Positions 23,409 to 25,591 of a stretch of 25,591 bases of DNA are shown one piece after another. Numbering within the stretch: the first letter of the stretch is position 1; the number at the start of each line of letters is the position of its first letter. The position numbers were made by a program, and so were the translations under genes. The notes beneath the pieces were generated by a model. The model did not search any database, had not been told where the DNA came from, and saw nothing but the letters and a program-made list of their open reading frames with translations. Source of the stretch: a virus. Taxonomy: Duplodnaviria > Caudoviricetes. Location of the stretch: positions 1 to 25,591 of IMG/VR virus record IMGVR_UViG_3300011334_000532; one strand, written 5' to 3'.

Positions 23409-24212
23409 TTAGATGCTCGCTCCGCAATCGATAGTCGGGATTCCTGTGTAAACACTTGACGCATTGCCAGCGTCTAAATTTGCAATTCCAGTACCTGCGG
23501 GACCAGCTTCGCCGGTGTCTCCCTTTGGACCTTGTGCTCCAGGTGCTCCAGGTGCTCCTTGTGCTCCAGATGCACCGGCTTCGCCGGTGTCTCCCTTTGG
23601 ACCTTGTGCCCCAGGTGCTCCCGGTGCACCTTTTGGAATAAATAGATCCCATTCAGCTGAGTTGCCTACTGGGTTGCCGAGTCCGCCGCTTGACTTTGCG
23701 ATGTAGAGATTGTCATCGCTACCTTTTACGACTGCAAGGTTGGCGATGTATCCGTTGCCTGAAATGTATTGGCCGAGGTAGACAATGCCTGGACTTCCAG
23801 TCGCTCCGTCGTTTCCAGATGCACCAGCTTCGCCCTTATCTGCAATCGGTGTCCAAGATGCGTTGATAGCTCCAGGAGTTGGGGGATAGCCAGGATTCAG
23901 CGGATTGCCAGTTCGGACATAGGTGCCGCCCTGGTAGTAGACAGCTGCTCCGTATCCGTAGTCGGCTCCGTTGTTATATTCGCCGACGATTGTGAATGGA
24001 GCTGGACCAGGTGCGCCAGGTGCGCCATCGTTTCCAGGTGCGCCATCATTTCCAGCGTCGCCCTTGTCACCTTTGGGTCCAGGAATTCCAGCTGGGCCAG
24101 TTTCGCCCTGCGGACCGGGAATGCCCGGAGCAGACGCGAGCTCGTCGCGGACAGAGTTGATCTCTGTTGCGATCCGCGTTGCTAATTCATCGACTTTTTG
24201 TGACAGGGTCAT
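23409..24212 (-). CDS. Collagen-like fibre protein
   Basis: Three Gly-X-Y tracts separated by two small aromatic modules (G.Y......Y....V......Y.......P......W); ends in LDAG/IDCG motifs. Confidence 0.85.
   Translation of the reverse strand: MTLSQKVDELATRIATEINSVRDELASAPGIPGPQGETGPAGIPGPKGDKGDAGNDGAPGNDGAPGAPGPAPFTIVGEYNNGADYGYGAAVYYQGGTYVRTGNPLNPGYPPTPGAINASWTPIADKGEAGASGNDGATGSPGIVYLGQYISGNGYIANLAVVKGSDDNLYIAKSSGGLGNPVGNSAEWDLFIPKGAPGAPGAQGPKGDTGEAGASGAQGAPGAPGAQGPKGDTGEAGPAGTGIANLDAGNASSVYTGIPTIDCGASI
23506..23621. repeat. 44-bp direct repeat (1 mismatch, 72-bp period) in the collagen tract
   Basis: GCTTCGCCGGTGTCTCCCTTTGGACCTTGTGC(T/C)CCAGGTGCTCC at 23506-23549 and 23578-23621. Confidence 0.85.
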
Positions 24213-24215
24213 GGA

Positions 24216-24875
24216 TTATGCCAATCCAGCCTCGAAGGTAGTTGCGTAGTTTGTATTTGTATCGCCGACAGCTGTTGCCAAAGCGGTCAAAGCTGTGTTG
24301 CTTGCCTTTGAATCAAGAGCGTCTTGAAGATCGACAACCTGTGAGATCGGATGAGTGTGTCCAAGATCTGACTTGCCTGAAATCAGTCCGGTGATTGTTC
24401 CCGCGAAGTTAGCGTCATCGCCTAGAGCTGCGGCCAATTCGTTGAGTGTGTCAAGAGCGCCAGGAGCTAGTCCGACAACGTCATTGATTGCATCTGCAAT
24501 CTCTGTATTCACCTTGCTTGAAGACCAGACCTTCGTTGTTGAAATAGTTGCATCATCGATCAGAGCTAAGACCTGAGCTGATACGTCAAGAGAGTCGATC
24601 GCGCTCTGGATTGCATTCAGAGTGCCATTGATTGTCGTGATGTTGCCTTCGATTGTTGAAATGTCAGCGTCGTTGGAAGTCTTGTATCCGGTGAGCTCTG
24701 TTGAAAGAGATGTCAGGCCAGACTTGAGCTCGTTGAGCGAAGCTACAAGGTTGCCCTTTGCTGTTGTTGTTAAAGCTGAGAGATCTGCCGTGTTTCCATT
24801 GATCAAGGTACGGACTGCCTTGACTTCTGTCGCTACACGAGTGGCGAGATTTACTACGTTGGTTGATAGTGACAT
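24216..24875 (-). CDS. Coiled-coil fibre protein
   Basis: Likely start ATG 24875 (MSLSTN...); LTTTAKGNLVASLNEL, KVWSSSK, APGALDTLNELAAALGDDANFA and HTHPISQV..LQ..LD fibre motifs. Confidence 0.85.
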   Translation of the reverse strand: MSLSTNVVNLATRVATEVKAVRTLINGNTADLSALTTTAKGNLVASLNELKSGLTSLSTELTGYKTSNDADISTIEGNITTINGTLNAIQSAIDSLDVSAQVLALIDDATISTTKVWSSSKVNTEIADAINDVVGLAPGALDTLNELAAALGDDANFAGTITGLISGKSDLGHTHPISQVVDLQDALDSKASNTALTALATAVGDTNTNYATTFEAGLA

Positions 24876-24876
24876 T

Positions 24877-25128
24877 TCAGATGAGTCCATTCTCGAAGAG
24901 GATTTTTAGTGATGGGAGATCGTCGTAGGCCGGATGCGGAGTTGGGTCTGCGATGTGAGTGTTGACTAGCTGGCTTCCGAACTGGTCAAGCCAATCCTGT
25001 TGGGAGCCAACGAATCCGGCCGCAACCGCGATTTCGTAGGCTGAAGCTCCGGCTGGACCCTGGGGTCCCTCCAGGCCAACAATGATGATTTCAGATTCGA
25101 TGTCTTCTCGAATTACAACTTCGCTCAT
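24877..25128 (-). CDS. Small virion fibre/adaptor protein with a short collagen tract
   Basis: GPQGPAGASAYEIAV..GFVGS...WL and HI....PHP.Y motifs. Confidence 0.75.
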   Translation of the reverse strand: MSEVVIREDIESEIIIVGLEGPQGPAGASAYEIAVAAGFVGSQQDWLDQFGSQLVNTHIADPTPHPAYDDLPSLKILFENGLI

Positions 25129-25478
25129 CGTGTCACGCCTGCATCCACGCGGACCACGCCTTCGATAAGTCGCTTCTTCTTGGATTGAAGGTCGGTCAAG
25201 ACCAGGTCGTAGACGTATTTACCAACTGCCAAAGCTGAAGACTGAGATGAGGTGATCTCGACCTTTACGCGACCGGCTGAGCCCTCGATTGTGAGCCCTC
25301 CACCTGCCGCAGTTGTCAGCGAGATGAGCGCCGTGGCGTCAGCTGGCGTGCGTCGGATCTGCATTGCAGCTGAGTAGCCAGTGAGGTTGACTGCCGCGCC
25401 TGTTGACTTGGTCTCCCAGCGAAAAGCGGTTCGGAATGTTGAGAACTGATCAATGACGAGGTCCGTTGAAGCTGCCAT
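25125..25478 (-). CDS. Ig-like fibre-anchoring protein (BppU-N/LtfC-like beta sandwich)
   Basis: L.IDQ..TF...F.W, NLTGYSAAMQIR, YVYDLVL, RLIEG.V.V..GVTR; AAAGGAGG SD. Confidence 0.75.
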   Translation of the reverse strand: MAASTDLVIDQFSTFRTAFRWETKSTGAAVNLTGYSAAMQIRRTPADATALISLTTAAGGGLTIEGSAGRVKVEITSSQSSALAVGKYVYDLVLTDLQSKKKRLIEGVVRVDAGVTR

Positions 25479-25591
25479 GAGAGCCTCCTTTCAGTGCGGA
25501 GAGTGTGTGAGGGTCGATCTGAGGTGAATATCTGTGCGAAAAAATTGTTTTGCCGAAAAAATTGCCAGACCTATACAAAATCTCTTGAGCT

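Noticed and set aside
1-25591. CRISPR arrays, tRNA/rRNA genes, integrase, transposase, introns/inteins
   Set aside because: No repeat-spacer arrays, cloverleaf patterns or relevant motifs seen; terminase and portal are of ordinary length. Lifestyle cannot be determined from this window

Overview
The window is the virion-morphogenesis and lysis arm of a long-tailed (siphovirus-like) dsDNA phage, probably infecting Actinobacteria; the host call is inferred from gene types. Read on the minus strand from the right end, the order is: a fibre/decoration cluster placed upstream of the terminase, TerS, TerL, portal, a 941-aa MuF-type minor head protein, scaffold, major capsid, head-tail genes, major tail, frameshifted tail chaperones, tape measure, Dit, a large tail-tip protein with an S74 chaperone, lysis genes, a metallophosphoesterase and a dNMP kinase. 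The most striking element is the MuF protein. It carries two putative effector domains in tandem: an Apk2/Tas1-like RelA/SpoT-family nucleotide pyrophosphokinase and a C-terminal HExxH zincin. Two small candidate immunity genes follow, and they converge with overlapping stop codons. One is co-oriented with the toxin gene. The other (IapK-like) is the last gene of an oppositely transcribed six-gene cassette inserted in the head module, which has a TTGACA-N17-TAGCTT promoter, tandem palindromic operators and an RHH regulator. Several RNA-level elements are also visible: a candidate pseudoknot before the tail chaperone, pentaloop hairpins in the scaffold leader and a terminator directly in front of the endolysin. 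All family calls come from reading motifs by eye; no database search was run.
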